DNA of 64,000 nucleotides from a bacterium (lineage in GTDB: Bacteria; Electryoneota; Electryoneia; Electryoneales; Electryoneaceae), in assembly GCA_963669175.1 (NCBI GenBank), contig OY769902.1, forward strand, positions 4,896,001-4,960,000, written 5' to 3'. Below the pieces are notes generated by a model. The model did no database searches, was not told the origin of the DNA, and was given only the letters and a program-made list of their open reading frames with translations. The translations under genes were made by a program, and so were the position numbers. Below, piece by piece: positions 48,052 through 60,366 of the stretch. Position 1 is the first letter of the stretch, and each line of letters begins with the position of its first letter.

Positions 48052-50154
48052 TCATTTCAGGTATACGACTCTTTTCACGGCTCTTTGCTGCCCGGCCTGA
48101 AGCTGGATGAAGTACACACCTGCAGCAAAACTGCTCGCATCCAGTTGTATTTTTCCTTCACCCGATGCATTGCGTATTGTCATTGTATCCATGACCTCCC
48201 TGCCCAGTACATCGAACACCTTGATGGTGCCATGTGTGACAGGCATCTCGTAACGAACATGCAGCACCGAGTTGAAGGGATTGGGCCAGGTTTCGACCAG
48301 GATAAATTCATCCGGTTGAACGCGGATTTCTTCTTCAGGACGTGATAGAATCGAGTTGTTCACCAGCACACGTCCATTGGTCAGCAACAGATCGGCATCG
48401 CCATCCAACTGGTAATCAAAAACAGTCAGCACTTCACGGAATCCCGGATGTTGCCCGATATCCTGAAAGGCACTCACCGGATACCATTGCGGGGCGTCCT
48501 CTGTCCATTCATCACTGCTCAACCAGATTTCATCATCACCAAAGATGTAGAAATCAGGAACATCGTCAGCGTTAAAATCGCCGGTCTGAATGTGATAGGT
48601 ATACCCTGTCGCAATGGTGAAATAATCATTCCACTCTCCATCTGTATATTGGCTGATCGTCAAGGTATCATCATCCAAAGTGAGTACATCATACATTTCA
48701 CCAGAAGTTATGTCAGCTGCGACATATCCCAAGTAAAGATTTGTCGTAGAAGTATTTCGGTTATACAGACTTTCATTTTGCCATGTCACATCGTCATCAG
48801 TTGAGTAAACCCAAAGTTTGGAAAGAGTCTCATCGGACGTTTCCCCACCTCCCATCATCAAGCTGATACTGATCGCTTTCTCTTGTGCATTGTCCGCAGT
48901 AGCACCAATTGCCTGCATTCGGAGCTGGGAGGAATTTCTAAAACCTCCACCTGGAGGATGAATACTGACAGCAGTGTGCGAGTCCAGGTTGTTAATATAC
49001 GTGATTCGATGTGTTTCGCTGTCGTAAACCCAACTTAATATACTGTAATACTCTGTTATGGATGAAAAGATATAGTCTTCAAGAATCCAATGTCCGCTGT
49101 ACCATTTTGTCGCAGTAAGAAACTCTGCAATTTCACCAGTTTCAGAATCCTGCCAGACAGACAACACCTGCGAAGGGGTGCTGATCATGCAGTCATAGGA
49201 GAAATCCCAGTCATTACCTTCTCGTTCAATATTCCATGTCGTCCATGCGACGCCATCAAACGCAACCATTTCGTCGTTGGCATCTTCATCAAGTTGCACA
49301 AAACCGAAATTCTGCATGGAATGGAACAGGCCGGTTACTGACATCTCATCTGGCTCATCCTGATCAAGACCTTCATAGATTGTCATATTCTGGTAAGTGC
49401 TGACATCTCCACCGTATTCATCTCCATCACTTCTGGTATAGGTCAATACGTATTCCAGATCGCCATCCCCATCCAGGTCGCCAAGGTTCGCACAAGTGCT
49501 GTGTTGTTCACTGTCATTGATCTCAACCACGGATAACTCGGTTAAGGTCTGATTATCAGGGTCGGAAAGGTATCGGTGCAAATCTCCATACATTGTCGTA
49601 GTGATGATGTAATCCATTGATCCGTCGCCGTTCAGATCACCTAGTGACACAGATTTGCTCCTGGAATCATCATACACCAGTTCCGTATTGATTACTTCCG
49701 TCCATTCAATCTCTTCGGCGTACACATTGCATGTATAGGAACGCAGTATTACATGATACTGCTGGGGTTGTGTCAAATAGGCAAACCACAGCAGCGAGTC
49801 TGTTCCTGTCACTGTCCATGACATCAAGCTCGTGGCACCGATAAAACTGAAGCAGCTATCATCATATTCCCAGTGAAAGTCTTCGGTCTCATCCACATCC
49901 CGCACCATTCGCAAGCCGCCATCATCACGTCCCGTAACAAAAAATAATCCCGGCGCACCCTCAACTTTTGCTGGTTTGGCGTCTTTTATGAGGAGTGAAT
50001 CACCGTCACCGGCTGAAAGGGGCAGTTGCTCCCAGGTCCAGTCAAAATCCTGTGCTATGGCGGACTGTAATGGCAACAAGATAAATACGAACCAGATGAA
50101 GACAACCATGAAATGAAAACGATAGATAATAGTGGATGTGTCCTGTTGGATCAT
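48052..50154 (-). CDS. Secreted FG-GAP/VCBS-repeat protein with T9SS type A-like CTD
   Basis: GDLNGDGSMD, GDLDGDGDLE, GDFNADDVPD, DYQLDGDAD; TWPNPFNS..VFDVLGRE..AAGVYF..YLK. Confidence 0.88.
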   Translation of the reverse strand: MIQQDTSTIIYRFHFMVVFIWFVFILLPLQSAIAQDFDWTWEQLPLSAGDGDSLLIKDAKPAKVEGAPGLFFVTGRDDGGLRMVRDVDETEDFHWEYDDSCFSFIGATSLMSWTVTGTDSLLWFAYLTQPQQYHVILRSYTCNVYAEEIEWTEVINTELVYDDSRSKSVSLGDLNGDGSMDYIITTTMYGDLHRYLSDPDNQTLTELSVVEINDSEQHSTCANLGDLDGDGDLEYVLTYTRSDGDEYGGDVSTYQNMTIYEGLDQDEPDEMSVTGLFHSMQNFGFVQLDEDANDEMVAFDGVAWTTWNIEREGNDWDFSYDCMISTPSQVLSVWQDSETGEIAEFLTATKWYSGHWILEDYIFSSITEYYSILSWVYDSETHRITYINNLDSHTAVSIHPPGGGFRNSSQLRMQAIGATADNAQEKAISISLMMGGGETSDETLSKLWVYSTDDDVTWQNESLYNRNTSTTNLYLGYVAADITSGEMYDVLTLDDDTLTISQYTDGEWNDYFTIATGYTYHIQTGDFNADDVPDFYIFGDDEIWLSSDEWTEDAPQWYPVSAFQDIGQHPGFREVLTVFDYQLDGDADLLLTNGRVLVNNSILSRPEEEIRVQPDEFILVETWPNPFNSVLHVRYEMPVTHGTIKVFDVLGREVMDTMTIRNASGEGKIQLDASSFAAGVYFIQLQAGQQRAVKRVVYLK

Positions 50155-50344
50155 GAATCGACTCCTTCTCCTGATAGAGTTGTGGCTTGATACTTTCCCC
50201 CCTGAAATATAAACTGTAATGAAAATTCACAGATATGCAATAAAATCAGGAGACACAAACAGAGTAAACCCGACTGGTTGCCAGCCGGGCTGTAATAAAC
50301 AATCCTGATCATCCTTCCCTTTCCTGTCCATCCTGTAGATATAA

Positions 50345-52639
50345 CTATTTCAACAACATGATCTTCCTTGTCTGAACCTGTCCACCTGCTTTCATCCTCA
50401 CGAAATACACCCCGGACGGCGCTTCGAATCCATCGGCAGAAGCATCCCACATCACGCTATGTCGTCCAACAGTGAAATGAGTATGCGCCAACGTCGTGAC
50501 CTGCTGTCCTAACAGGTTAAACACAGCTATTTCAACCTCACCTGCTTCCGGCAGGGTGAAGGGAATCGTCACTGAGGGGTTGAATGGATTCGGGTAGGGT
50601 TCGGCCAGTACTGGTGAATCCGGGAGTTCGACAGCCACCTCTTCCTGCACCTTTACCGCTTCCTTGGCACTGTAAAGGTGGACAGCCACATAATCGACAT
50701 AGCCAAGGGCATCGTTACAAATATCGAACTTTCGACTGCGGCCAAACTGTTCAACACATTCCAGGGGTAGGATAGCATCCTCACCATTTCGTCTCACCAC
50801 CATCAAGGGCTCATTGTCATAAATCGAAATCAACCAGAAAGGTTCCTGGTACAGGGCGTACAAAGGCCAGGAAGCATAAAGGGGATCATCCCAAAATCCA
50901 ATATTGTCAATCAAATCTGGCGCCAATGGATTACTGAAATCCATCCTCCCCCAATGACGGTCAAGAGATATAATATTAAGTGTATCTCCAACAAAGTAGG
51001 CTGTTTCCGGATGAGACAAATAGTAGTGGAATTCTTCTTCACAAACGAAAACCGGTTCTGTCGGATTTGTAACATCTACTGTCGTCCATTTCCCAATTCC
51101 ATCTTTATTACTCATTATCAGGTAGAGTCCATCATTCTCTACAATATGAAAAACATTTCTGCCATAATACGCTGAATTCACGTCCCTACCAAGCTCTATC
51201 ACTTCTCCAAAAACCATATATGCCTCAAGATCAAATATGGTTAACTGATTATCATTTTGTTGTATGTATAATATATTATTACGGATGTAACCTTTTACGT
51301 CGTAACGTCCTGCTCCCTGTACCTGCATCATTAGTTGAGGATGGTATGGATCATGGATGTAGTATACCCTGGTGTTCATACTGTAATCGCTTAACAACAA
51401 ATAGTCCTCTTGAATATCCAGCGCGGTCAGATCAGAATCAGGAGTCAGCGTAGTAACATGGGTGACTTGATCCAAGTCAGACATATCATAGATAACCAGG
51501 CTGTCAGAGAATAAAACACAGGCGAAAGGATAGTCTATTTCGATATCAACAGCACTGGGCGGGACAACATGATTATACAGGACTTCGGGCTCACCCTCAT
51601 TAAGGGAACTGACATGCACAATAAGGTTGCTGTAATATGAATTAAGCGCCATGTTTTGACCTGAGCTATCCGGCATCAGCCACATGGGAATGAATTGTTC
51701 ATAGTCATATTCGAGGACCGGGTTTGCCGGATCAGCAATATCCACAACAAACAATCTTCTGGATGCAAGGTAGAGTTTGTCCCCCAGGACTACCGCATCT
51801 TCCAGTACTCCGATGTTTGCGACCTCAACTGTCCCCAGCATTTCCGGATCCCCAGGGGAAACAGACAGGTCAAATAAGGTAATGCTTCCATCTATTTGCA
51901 CAATAAGATAGTCGTTTGAAATGGCATTTCTAATTGTTATTCTGTTTCCAATAGTATCAGCTATTGTATTAATATAGTCCAAGTCATATTCTTCATTATC
52001 AAAATAAAAGATATCGACCTGGTTACTGTCTGTTCCATCCGGCTCCCGTGCTATATAGATATAGTCAGCATACAAATCAATACTTCTCGTATGCCCCTCC
52101 GCATAGAACTCATCCAGCACAACAGGGCTAAGCGGACTACTTAAATCCATCACTTCCATATACCCAAATGCAGTTGTTAGAAATACCAGTGTCCCCTGCT
52201 GTTCAACCTGGAAAATTCCTCTAAGCTCAATTTCATGCGTCATTTCCAGGAATGGTGAGGCAGGGTTTTCTACGTTCACTGCCCTGATTTTCCCATCATC
52301 CCGTGTGCCGTTGAAACACCACAGGTAATCATTGACGCGTACGAGAAAATCGCAGGGAAAGCGTAGCTCATCGGGAGTTTCAAAGATGTCCTGCATCCGG
52401 GTGGGATCGGACGTATCCATAACACGCAGATGTGTGCTGGAAGGAACATAGGTGTAGTCGCCAATGACAACCGGATTCCTGACGGTGCACCAATTGTCAT
52501 ACAGGACAGCGCGCTCGGTAAAACCAAAGCTTTCCTGTGAAAATGCAGGATCACCCAGAACAGCAGCTAAGAGGATAAACGCGAAAAGAATGCTTCCAGC
52601 TTGTTTCAAACGGTCAACAGTTGCAAAAGCGTACATCAT
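50345..52639 (-). CDS. Secreted LVIVD-repeat protein with T9SS type A-like CTD
   Basis: LRVMDTSDP, VMDLSSPLSP, LFVVDIADPANP, VDVTNPTEP repeats; PYPNPFNPS..FNLLGQ..SGVYF..LLK. Confidence 0.88.
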   Translation of the reverse strand: MMYAFATVDRLKQAGSILFAFILLAAVLGDPAFSQESFGFTERAVLYDNWCTVRNPVVIGDYTYVPSSTHLRVMDTSDPTRMQDIFETPDELRFPCDFLVRVNDYLWCFNGTRDDGKIRAVNVENPASPFLEMTHEIELRGIFQVEQQGTLVFLTTAFGYMEVMDLSSPLSPVVLDEFYAEGHTRSIDLYADYIYIAREPDGTDSNQVDIFYFDNEEYDLDYINTIADTIGNRITIRNAISNDYLIVQIDGSITLFDLSVSPGDPEMLGTVEVANIGVLEDAVVLGDKLYLASRRLFVVDIADPANPVLEYDYEQFIPMWLMPDSSGQNMALNSYYSNLIVHVSSLNEGEPEVLYNHVVPPSAVDIEIDYPFACVLFSDSLVIYDMSDLDQVTHVTTLTPDSDLTALDIQEDYLLLSDYSMNTRVYYIHDPYHPQLMMQVQGAGRYDVKGYIRNNILYIQQNDNQLTIFDLEAYMVFGEVIELGRDVNSAYYGRNVFHIVENDGLYLIMSNKDGIGKWTTVDVTNPTEPVFVCEEEFHYYLSHPETAYFVGDTLNIISLDRHWGRMDFSNPLAPDLIDNIGFWDDPLYASWPLYALYQEPFWLISIYDNEPLMVVRRNGEDAILPLECVEQFGRSRKFDICNDALGYVDYVAVHLYSAKEAVKVQEEVAVELPDSPVLAEPYPNPFNPSVTIPFTLPEAGEVEIAVFNLLGQQVTTLAHTHFTVGRHSVMWDASADGFEAPSGVYFVRMKAGGQVQTRKIMLLK

Positions 52640-52803
52640 ACACCTCCCGTTAAGCTGAACATTTCATAATGGATATTAGTATCTCATTCTCATCAATAGC
52701 AACCGAACTGACAAAATATATAAGATTTATAAAGCGCTCACTAGCCGAAAAAGACCCTTATCTTCAATATATTGTTGTTCTCGATTTTATTCCGACATAA
52801 TAA

Positions 52804-53093
52804 AGATTGCCGGGAAAAGGGGACGGGATCCTTTTCCTCGCGCGCATATGAAACACTCTCGCCGAACTTGTGGAAAAGGAAACTGTACCCTTTTCCGTGT
52901 ACGTCCTGCCTGCTCTCAAGAAAAAGGGTACAGCCACCTTTCCCGGTCCTTGCTCACAGCGGGAAGGCTTTGCCCCAGGGAAAGGAAACTGTCCCCTTTT
53001 TCCATATCCTTAGCCTTTATTTCAACCATATGGTTGACCATTCACTGATCTGGCACATGACCACATGACGGAATAATAATGGGAATCGCTATA
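52804..53093 (-). repeat. ~290-bp dispersed element, copy 2 (inverted relative to 3324-3606)
   Basis: Shared blocks such as GCCGGGAAAAGGGGACGGGATCCTTTTCCTCGCG and TTTGCCCCAGGGAAAGGAAACTGTCCCCTTTTTCCA. Confidence 0.85.
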
Positions 53094-53310
53094 TTTTTCT
53101 CACTGCCAAAACGGCAGCATGACATGCCACACTGCGAAATGAGTTCAATTATTGCCTGCATCCAATTCGCCGAATCTTGCCTAGTTAGTTGTTTTTTAAC
53201 AGCGCTATCTTTACCATAGCGTTGGCATACTTCTTGTCCATGTTAAACTCGAAACCAGGATACTGGTTACGTTGACATTACAACTCTTGTTAGTTGGAGC
53301 ATAGACATAC

Positions 53311-55944
53311 ATGGATTTGAACAAACTGACCCAGAAATCGCAGGAGGCGTTCCAGGACGCGAAAGACCTGGCGCTTCGGCATGGCAATCCCGAGATCGAT
53401 GTTGAGCACATGCTGTTGGCCCTGCTCGACCAATCGCAGGGAATTGCTCCACGCCTTATGCAGAAAATGGATATCCCCCAGGATGCCCTGACGGAAGCGA
53501 CCGAGCGTGAAATCGGCAAGCTTCCCAAACAACAGGGCGGCGCGGCGGAAGAAGGCAAGGTGTACGTCACCCAGCGCCTGTCCAAGATGCTGTTGCGTGC
53601 TCAGGATGAAGCCACGCAACTCAAGGACGATTATGTTTCCGTTGAACACATGCTGCTGGCCATGACCGATGAAAAAAAGAATACCCCGGTCGGCAAATTG
53701 TTCAACCAGTTCAACATCGCACGTGACCGTCTGCTCGCCGCGCTGACCCAGGTACGTGGCAGCCAACGTGTGAAAAGTGACAATCCGGAAGCGACCTACG
53801 AAGCGTTGGAACGATACGGCATTGACCTCGTGGACGCCGCGCAAAAGGGCAAGCTGGACCCGGTGATCGGACGTGACAGTGAAATTCGTCGCGTGATTCG
53901 TATCCTCAGCCGCAAAACGAAGAACAACCCAGTGCTGATTGGCGAGCCGGGTGTGGGCAAGACGGCAATTGTAGAAGGATTGGCGCACAGAATCGTGCGT
54001 GGTGACGTACCCGAAGGATTAAAAGACAAGATCGTCTTCAATTTGGATATGGGCGCCCTGGTGGCTGGCGCCAAGTTTCGTGGTGAGTTCGAAGAACGGC
54101 TCAAGGCGGTGCTTGCTGAGGTGAAGCAGTCTGATGGACGCATCCTGCTGTTTATCGATGAGATGCACACTATCGTAGGCGCAGGGAAAGCTGAAGGCTC
54201 GATGGATGCGAGCAACATGCTAAAACCCATGTTGGCGCGTGGAGAACTGCACTGCATCGGAGCTACAACGCTGGATGAATACCGCAAACACATCGAGAAG
54301 GATGCCGCCCTGGAACGCCGTTTCCAGACCGTATTGGTAGAACAACCTTCGGTTGAGGATACCATCTCGATCCTGCGCGGCCTGCGTGAGCGTTTTGAAG
54401 TGCATCACGGTGTAAAGATCCAGGACAACGCGCTGGTGGCGTCGGCGGTATTGTCGCATCGTTATATCAGCGACCGTTTCCTGCCCGACAAGGCGATTGA
54501 CCTGGTGGATGAAGCCTGCGCCATGATCCGCACCGAAATCGATTCCATGCCCGCCGAACTGGATGAGATTACACGGCGCGTAATGCAGCTCGAGATCGAA
54601 GAAGCGGCGTTGAAACTGGAACGTGATCCGGCCAGCAAGGAACGGTTGGACGTACTGCGTAAAGAACTGGCAGACGCGAAAGAAAAAGCGGATGTCATGC
54701 GCGCTCAGTGGGAAGCGGAGAAACTCCAGATCGAACGCGTCAGCAAATTGCGTGAAGAGATCGAAATCCTGCGGATGCAGATCGAAAAGGCAGAACGTGA
54801 TTATGACCTGAATCTCGCTGCCGAGCTGAAACATGGCCGTCTCCCTGCCGCGCAGAAAACACTGGCGGAGATGGAAGAAAGAATCCGGCATACGGAAGAG
54901 GGACACCGTTTGCTGCGTGAAGAAGTGACGGATGAGGAGATCGCTGAGATCATAAGCCGCTGGACCGGCATCCCGGTAACGCGTCTGGTCGAAGGCGAAC
55001 GTCAGAAATTGCTCAAGCTGGATACCGTCCTTCATCAACGCGTAATCGGCCAGGATGAGGCGGTACAACTGGTGACCGATGCGGTCATCCGTGCTCGGGC
55101 CGGGATAAAAGACCCACGCCGTCCTATCGGCAGTTTCCTGTTCCTCGGGCCAACCGGAGTTGGCAAGACCGAACTGGCGAAAACACTGGCTGAGGCGCTG
55201 TTCGATACGGAAGAGAACATGATCCGTATCGACATGAGCGAATACATGGAACGTCACGCTGTCGCACGTCTGATCGGAGCGCCGCCGGGTTATGTGGGCT
55301 TCGAGGAGGGCGGCCAGCTTACGGAAGCGGTGCGGCGTAAACCTTACTCTGTGGTCCTGTTCGACGAGATCGAAAAGGCGCATCCGGATGTGTTCAATGT
55401 GCTGCTGCAAATTCTTGATGACGGGCGCATTACGGATTCACACGGTCGGACTGTCAACTTCAAGAACACAGTCCTGATTCTGACCAGCAATATCGGATCA
55501 ACCCTGTTGCTGGAAGGTATTACGGCGGAAGGCGAGATTCGTGATGATATCCGGAAGCAGATTCTTGGCGAATTACGTCTGAACTTCCGTCCGGAATTCC
55601 TGAACCGGCTGGACGATGTTGTCCTGTTCAAACCGTTGCGTCTGGAAGAAATCGAGCAGATTGTGGACCTGCTCACGGCTGACCTGCGCAAACGGCTGGA
55701 GGACCGCAGGATTCAGCTTGAACTCACGGATGAAGCGCGTGCCTTTGTCGCAAAGGAGGGCTTTGATCCGGTATTCGGCGCTCGCCCGCTGAAGCGGTTC
55801 CTGCAACATGAGCTTGAGACACGTATCGGTCGCGCACTGCTGGCTGGCGATATTCTGCCCGGAGCAACAATACAGGTTGGTATCGAAGCGGGGCAGTTGA
55901 GCGTTTCCCATAAGAACCCGGACCACGTGGATCGACTACCCTGA
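53311..55944 (+). CDS. clpB: ATP-dependent chaperone ClpB
   Basis: Clp N-domain, GEPGVGKT and [11 protein letters not shown]+ modules, M-domain coiled coil, GARPLKR; 877 aa. Confidence 0.98.
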   Translation: MDLNKLTQKSQEAFQDAKDLALRHGNPEIDVEHMLLALLDQSQGIAPRLMQKMDIPQDALTEATEREIGKLPKQQGGAAEEGKVYVTQRLSKMLLRAQDEATQLKDDYVSVEHMLLAMTDEKKNTPVGKLFNQFNIARDRLLAALTQVRGSQRVKSDNPEATYEALERYGIDLVDAAQKGKLDPVIGRDSEIRRVIRILSRKTKNNPVLIGEPGVGKTAIVEGLAHRIVRGDVPEGLKDKIVFNLDMGALVAGAKFRGEFEERLKAVLAEVKQSDGRILLFIDEMHTIVGAGKAEGSMDASNMLKPMLARGELHCIGATTLDEYRKHIEKDAALERRFQTVLVEQPSVEDTISILRGLRERFEVHHGVKIQDNALVASAVLSHRYISDRFLPDKAIDLVDEACAMIRTEIDSMPAELDEITRRVMQLEIEEAALKLERDPASKERLDVLRKELADAKEKADVMRAQWEAEKLQIERVSKLREEIEILRMQIEKAERDYDLNLAAELKHGRLPAAQKTLAEMEERIRHTEEGHRLLREEVTDEEIAEIISRWTGIPVTRLVEGERQKLLKLDTVLHQRVIGQDEAVQLVTDAVIRARAGIKDPRRPIGSFLFLGPTGVGKTELAKTLAEALFDTEENMIRIDMSEYMERHAVARLIGAPPGYVGFEEGGQLTEAVRRKPYSVVLFDEIEKAHPDVFNVLLQILDDGRITDSHGRTVNFKNTVLILTSNIGSTLLLEGITAEGEIRDDIRKQILGELRLNFRPEFLNRLDDVVLFKPLRLEEIEQIVDLLTADLRKRLEDRRIQLELTDEARAFVAKEGFDPVFGARPLKRFLQHELETRIGRALLAGDILPGATIQVGIEAGQLSVSHKNPDHVDRLP

Positions 55945-56096
55945 ATTCGTTTACAATCTCGATTTTGAGCGTAGTATCTCTTGCTACCAGGAGGTTCTGC
56001 GCTCTCTTATTTTGCTACTCTATCTATTGTCTATATTGTCTAATACTTCTATTTTATGAACAACCCCTTTTATAAATATTTTAACAGGAGCAAGCT

Positions 56097-59000
56097 TTGT
56101 TTTCGTTTCTCCATACGAGCACAGAAGCGGTCGGAACTTCCAGCAACTACGCGCAATTGATACTGGACCATTTGGATTCTGCCGTTTTAATTCTTGATTC
56201 TGAGGGCACTATCCTCTTTGCGAACAGGGCGGCAGATATTCTGCTGGGAAGGAAACGAAAAAATTTAGTACACAGTAACATCCACGACCTCCACCGGCCT
56301 CACCATTCTTCACAGTTTGAAGAATTCTGGAAAGAAGTACAACAGGCTGAGTCCAAAACTTTGCGATCGATGGTTTTTAAAACCGAACAGTTTTCAACCC
56401 CTGTACGCATACGTATGGAACGAGTACAACAGGAAGAAGAAACTCTGTTCATTGCCTATTTCAGCCTCATCCCCACTATTAAGAATCCTTTTGTGCCTGG
56501 GCATGAACTTTCCAGCGATTTCATCCAGGCCGGTATTATTATTCTCAATGAGCAGTTCCGAACGACATACATCAACCAATACGCTTGTGAAATTCTCGGC
56601 ATTGGAAAAGAAGAGCTACTGACCGGCGATATTCCGTATCCTCATTCGAATCTGGTCAACGAAGACGGCACTCCCCTGGATGACGCAGACCATCCTGCCT
56701 GGAAGACACTTCGCACTGGTCAAGCCATTCAGGGCATGATTCTTGGTAGATATGACGAGAATCCGAAAGATATAAAATGGTTGATTGTAAACACTACCCC
56801 CTTGTACGATAGTGAATCCGATGTGGTGAAGGAAATTCTGGTGACCTTTACTGACATCACCGACTTGAAGAAAACAGAAAAATCAATCCGTGAAAGTGAG
56901 TATTATTACCGTAGTTATATTGAGAATGCACCTGTCGGGATATATATAATCAATGAAGAAGGCTTTTATGTAGACGTCAATTCAGAAGCCACCCGCCAGA
57001 TCGGGTACTCTTCTGATGAATTCACAGGGAAACATGCCAGTGACCACTGGCATCCCGAGTATTTCAGTCAAAATCAGAACGCCTTGACAACTCTTCAGCA
57101 GTCCGGTCTTGTAAGAAGCGAAATTGTTTTACGGCATAAAAACGGCAATCCGGTTTTCCTGCTGATCAATAGTGCGAGGCTGCCAGATGGCAGGTCAATG
57201 GGATTTGCGGCCAATATAACGGAACAGCGCAAGGCTGAAGATGCCCTCCTGGATAAAGAGGCCGATCTCAAGCGTGCCCAGCGAATGGCCAAAGTAGGCT
57301 CATGGCGATTTGATCTCACAGAAGGTTCAGTGATCGCTTCCGATGAAGCGCGAAGGATTTACGGATTTGGCGAAGGTGATTTCTCTATCAGAAAAATACA
57401 GGAAATCCCTCTCCCGGAATACCGGGAGAAACTGGATCAGGCTCTTCACGCGCTGGTCTATGAGGGCAAACCCTATGACGAAGAATTCAGAATAAAGCGT
57501 CTCAGTGACGGTAAGATTCTGGATATCAATTCAGTAGCCGAGTTTGACCGCGAACGTAACCTGGTAATCGGCACTATTCAGGACATTTCTGAACGTAAAC
57601 GCACGGAACAGGCGCTTCAGGAAAGCGAGGAAAAACACTATTCTTTATCCCAGGCAACCATGGAAGGAATTGTAATCACAGATAGAATTATCATCCTCGA
57701 AACAAATCAGGCAGCTTGTGACATGCTCGGCTATTCCTATGATGAACTCATTGGTATGCGCGGAACAGATGTACTCGAGGAATCGTACCGGGAAATGGCG
57801 TTGAACAATGCCATGTCAAATTACGACAAGCCCTATGAGGCAATGGTACAACGAAAGGATGGCAGCGCCTTCTGGGCAGAATTACAAGGTAAAATGTATC
57901 ATTATCGTGGCAACGAAGTTCGCGTTACAGCGATACGCGATATCACGAAACGACGCCAGGCCATTGAAGCCCTTCGTGCCAGCGAAGCCAAGTATAAGAA
58001 CATATTGGATAACTCACTGGAAGGAATTTTCATTCACCAGGACAAGGTCATCAAATTCTGCAACAAACGTCTTTTATCCATGCTGGGATTTGCTTCAGAA
58101 GAGGAAGCGCTGGGCACACATATCCGCGAGATCGTTGCGCCAAGTGATTGGGATCGAGTGCAATCTGAAGTTGCCATACGTGACCGTGGCGACAAACTTG
58201 TTTCCCATTACAGCTTCAGAATGCTGAAAACGGATGGTACAACCATCGACGCAGAAGCGCTTGTAAGCACAATTGAGTTTGAAGGAAGCCGGGCATACCA
58301 GGCGGTAATTCGTGACCTTTCCCAACAGAAACGGTTGGAAGAGCAGCTTCAGCAAGCGATAAAGATGGAATCCATCGGTCGGTTGGCCGGGGGAATTGCC
58401 CATGACTTTAATAACCTGCTAACCGCGATATCCGGTAACGCCGAACTGGCCAACCTTTCGCTTAATGAGAATGATCCGGTTCGTAGTGATATTGAAGAGA
58501 TCGTACGCACCACACAACGCGCGAGTGATCTCACCCGCCAGCTACTGGCCTTCAGCAGAAAACAGTTGATCACTCCACGTACCATCAACCTGAATATGGT
58601 GCTGAACAATTTCGAGCAATTGCTGCGTCGTACCATTGGCGAAGATATCGCTCTCCACCTGTCCCTCACACCCAACCTGTGGAATATCCAGGCTGATATA
58701 TCGCAGGTAGAACAAGTGCTGATGAACTTGGTCGTTAATGCACGTGATGCCATGCCGGAAGGCGGAATGTTATCAATCGAGACGACGAATCTGGATCTGT
58801 CTTCAGAGAAAAGAACACTGGACGGTAGCCTGATTGAGCCGGGGAAATATGTAAGTATCAGCGTACATGATACAGGCTTCGGCATGGATAGAAACACACT
58901 GGATAAAGTCTTTGAACCATTCTTTACCACGAAAGAAGTTGGCCAGGGAACTGGGTTGGGACTTTCCACCGTCTATGGTATCATGCGACAGAATGAAGGC

Positions 59001-59489
59001 TATATAGATGTAAAAAGCACTGTCGGAAAAGGAACCCGCTTCCTGATGTATTTTCCCATGGTCCACGCCGAGGTTTTTGAAACCGGTCAGCAGGAGACAG
59101 AGCTGGATAGATTACGCGGGACTGAATTAATCATGGTGGTCGAGGATGATGTCCATGTGCGTAATACGGCTGTGAGAACCCTGCGACGCTTCGGTTATTC
59201 GGTGCGGACGGCTGTGTCCGGCGCCGACGCCCTGCTCATGCTGGAACGTGAGGAAATGCGTCCCGACCTGATCCTGACCGATGTAGTCATGCCCAACATG
59301 AATGGCGCCGAGTTTTCCAACCGGGTGCGAGAAAAAGGCATCAACACAGCCATCCTGTTCATGTCCGGGTATACAGAATCGGAAATGGTGACGCGCGGAG
59401 TGTATCGTGCCGAAATCCCCTTCCTGCAGAAACCCTTTAAGCCTCTTACGCTCGTTCAGATGATACGGCAGACAATTGATGCAGTTTGA
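56097..59489 (+). CDS. Cytoplasmic multi-PAS (about 6) hybrid histidine kinase with C-terminal receiver
   Basis: Repeated PAS/PAC units ending in (D/N)I(T/S), AHDFNNLL H-box, NARDAM, GTGLGLS, receiver LILTDVVMP..QKPF; no TM helix seen. Start uncertain. Confidence 0.93.
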   Translation: MFSFLHTSTEAVGTSSNYAQLILDHLDSAVLILDSEGTILFANRAADILLGRKRKNLVHSNIHDLHRPHHSSQFEEFWKEVQQAESKTLRSMVFKTEQFSTPVRIRMERVQQEEETLFIAYFSLIPTIKNPFVPGHELSSDFIQAGIIILNEQFRTTYINQYACEILGIGKEELLTGDIPYPHSNLVNEDGTPLDDADHPAWKTLRTGQAIQGMILGRYDENPKDIKWLIVNTTPLYDSESDVVKEILVTFTDITDLKKTEKSIRESEYYYRSYIENAPVGIYIINEEGFYVDVNSEATRQIGYSSDEFTGKHASDHWHPEYFSQNQNALTTLQQSGLVRSEIVLRHKNGNPVFLLINSARLPDGRSMGFAANITEQRKAEDALLDKEADLKRAQRMAKVGSWRFDLTEGSVIASDEARRIYGFGEGDFSIRKIQEIPLPEYREKLDQALHALVYEGKPYDEEFRIKRLSDGKILDINSVAEFDRERNLVIGTIQDISERKRTEQALQESEEKHYSLSQATMEGIVITDRIIILETNQAACDMLGYSYDELIGMRGTDVLEESYREMALNNAMSNYDKPYEAMVQRKDGSAFWAELQGKMYHYRGNEVRVTAIRDITKRRQAIEALRASEAKYKNILDNSLEGIFIHQDKVIKFCNKRLLSMLGFASEEEALGTHIREIVAPSDWDRVQSEVAIRDRGDKLVSHYSFRMLKTDGTTIDAEALVSTIEFEGSRAYQAVIRDLSQQKRLEEQLQQAIKMESIGRLAGGIAHDFNNLLTAISGNAELANLSLNENDPVRSDIEEIVRTTQRASDLTRQLLAFSRKQLITPRTINLNMVLNNFEQLLRRTIGEDIALHLSLTPNLWNIQADISQVEQVLMNLVVNARDAMPEGGMLSIETTNLDLSSEKRTLDGSLIEPGKYVSISVHDTGFGMDRNTLDKVFEPFFTTKEVGQGTGLGLSTVYGIMRQNEGYIDVKSTVGKGTRFLMYFPMVHAEVFETGQQETELDRLRGTELIMVVEDDVHVRNTAVRTLRRFGYSVRTAVSGADALLMLEREEMRPDLILTDVVMPNMNGAEFSNRVREKGINTAILFMSGYTESEMVTRGVYRAEIPFLQKPFKPLTLVQMIRQTIDAV

Positions 59490-59989
59490 AGAAAGCAATA
59501 AAAGTAAAGAAGGTGAGAACTCTGTACGTTTCTATCAGTACTGCATCGGAATGCAAGGCCCTGTACGTTTTTAGCAGTACTGTATAAACGTGCATGGCCC
59601 GATTTGCCGGTGAGGTAGCATGATTCTCGCAAAACACTGACAACACTTGTGGGTCGTCGTCCTGTGATGCGGATAATGAGCAAGTCGGGTTTTTACGAGT
59701 GCCCCGATCCGCAAGTGATAAAACGTCCACTTTCGCTTTCGGAGGAATACGCCCAATTCATCTTCAATACAAGTCAATTCGCGTGAGCGCATCGGGACAA
59801 TAACTCTACAATTTTCCAACTTTAACCCGAATATTTCATGAACGGAACATGGATATTCATCTTAACACATTTCATATCAACACAATACAACTGATTCATA
59901 CAGCATTTTTCAGGGGACAGTTTGCTCCGGTATCCCTTTGCGTGTCTATTCCCTGTTTCGCTGGCAAAATAGGCTGAGAATCGGCAACC

Positions 59990-60236
59990 GCCCCGGCAGG
60001 GGCAACCTGTATTAGCCCCGGGCAGCCGCCGTCAGTTTGGCGGCTACCCGGGGAGATAATGCGCACCATATATTTACTCCGTAAGGAGTAACCTGATAAT
60101 TATCAAAAGTATACAGTGGAAATATTCAGGCAACCCGCTGCCGGGGTTGGCAAGTAGCGTACATCCTATTCCCACCGTGAGCGCCAAACAGACGGCGCTG
60201 GACGGTGGGCTAATACAGAGAACCACTGCCGTGGTT
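59990..60236. repeat. REPIN-like pair of inverted palindromic repeats
   Basis: 59990-60056 (GCCCCGGCAGGGGC..CTGTATTAGCCC..CGCCGTCAGTTTGGCG) matches the reverse complement of ~60169-60236. Confidence 0.75.
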
Positions 60237-60366
60237 CTTGTACTGGCCATTCCATCAAATACCAAATTTGAAATTGCATTGGTGAAATATTCGGGTTAAC
60301 AAGTACACTTTGTGCTTCTGCGAAGAACTCAAAATCCTTACACTGTCGCGGCCAGGAATAACCGTG

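Noticed and set aside
53222-53238. Sigma-54-like promoter TTGGCATACTTCTTGT upstream of clpB
   Set aside because: The -12 GC dinucleotide is not conserved (GT), and no CIRCE or other heat-shock operator was recognised; too weak to call.
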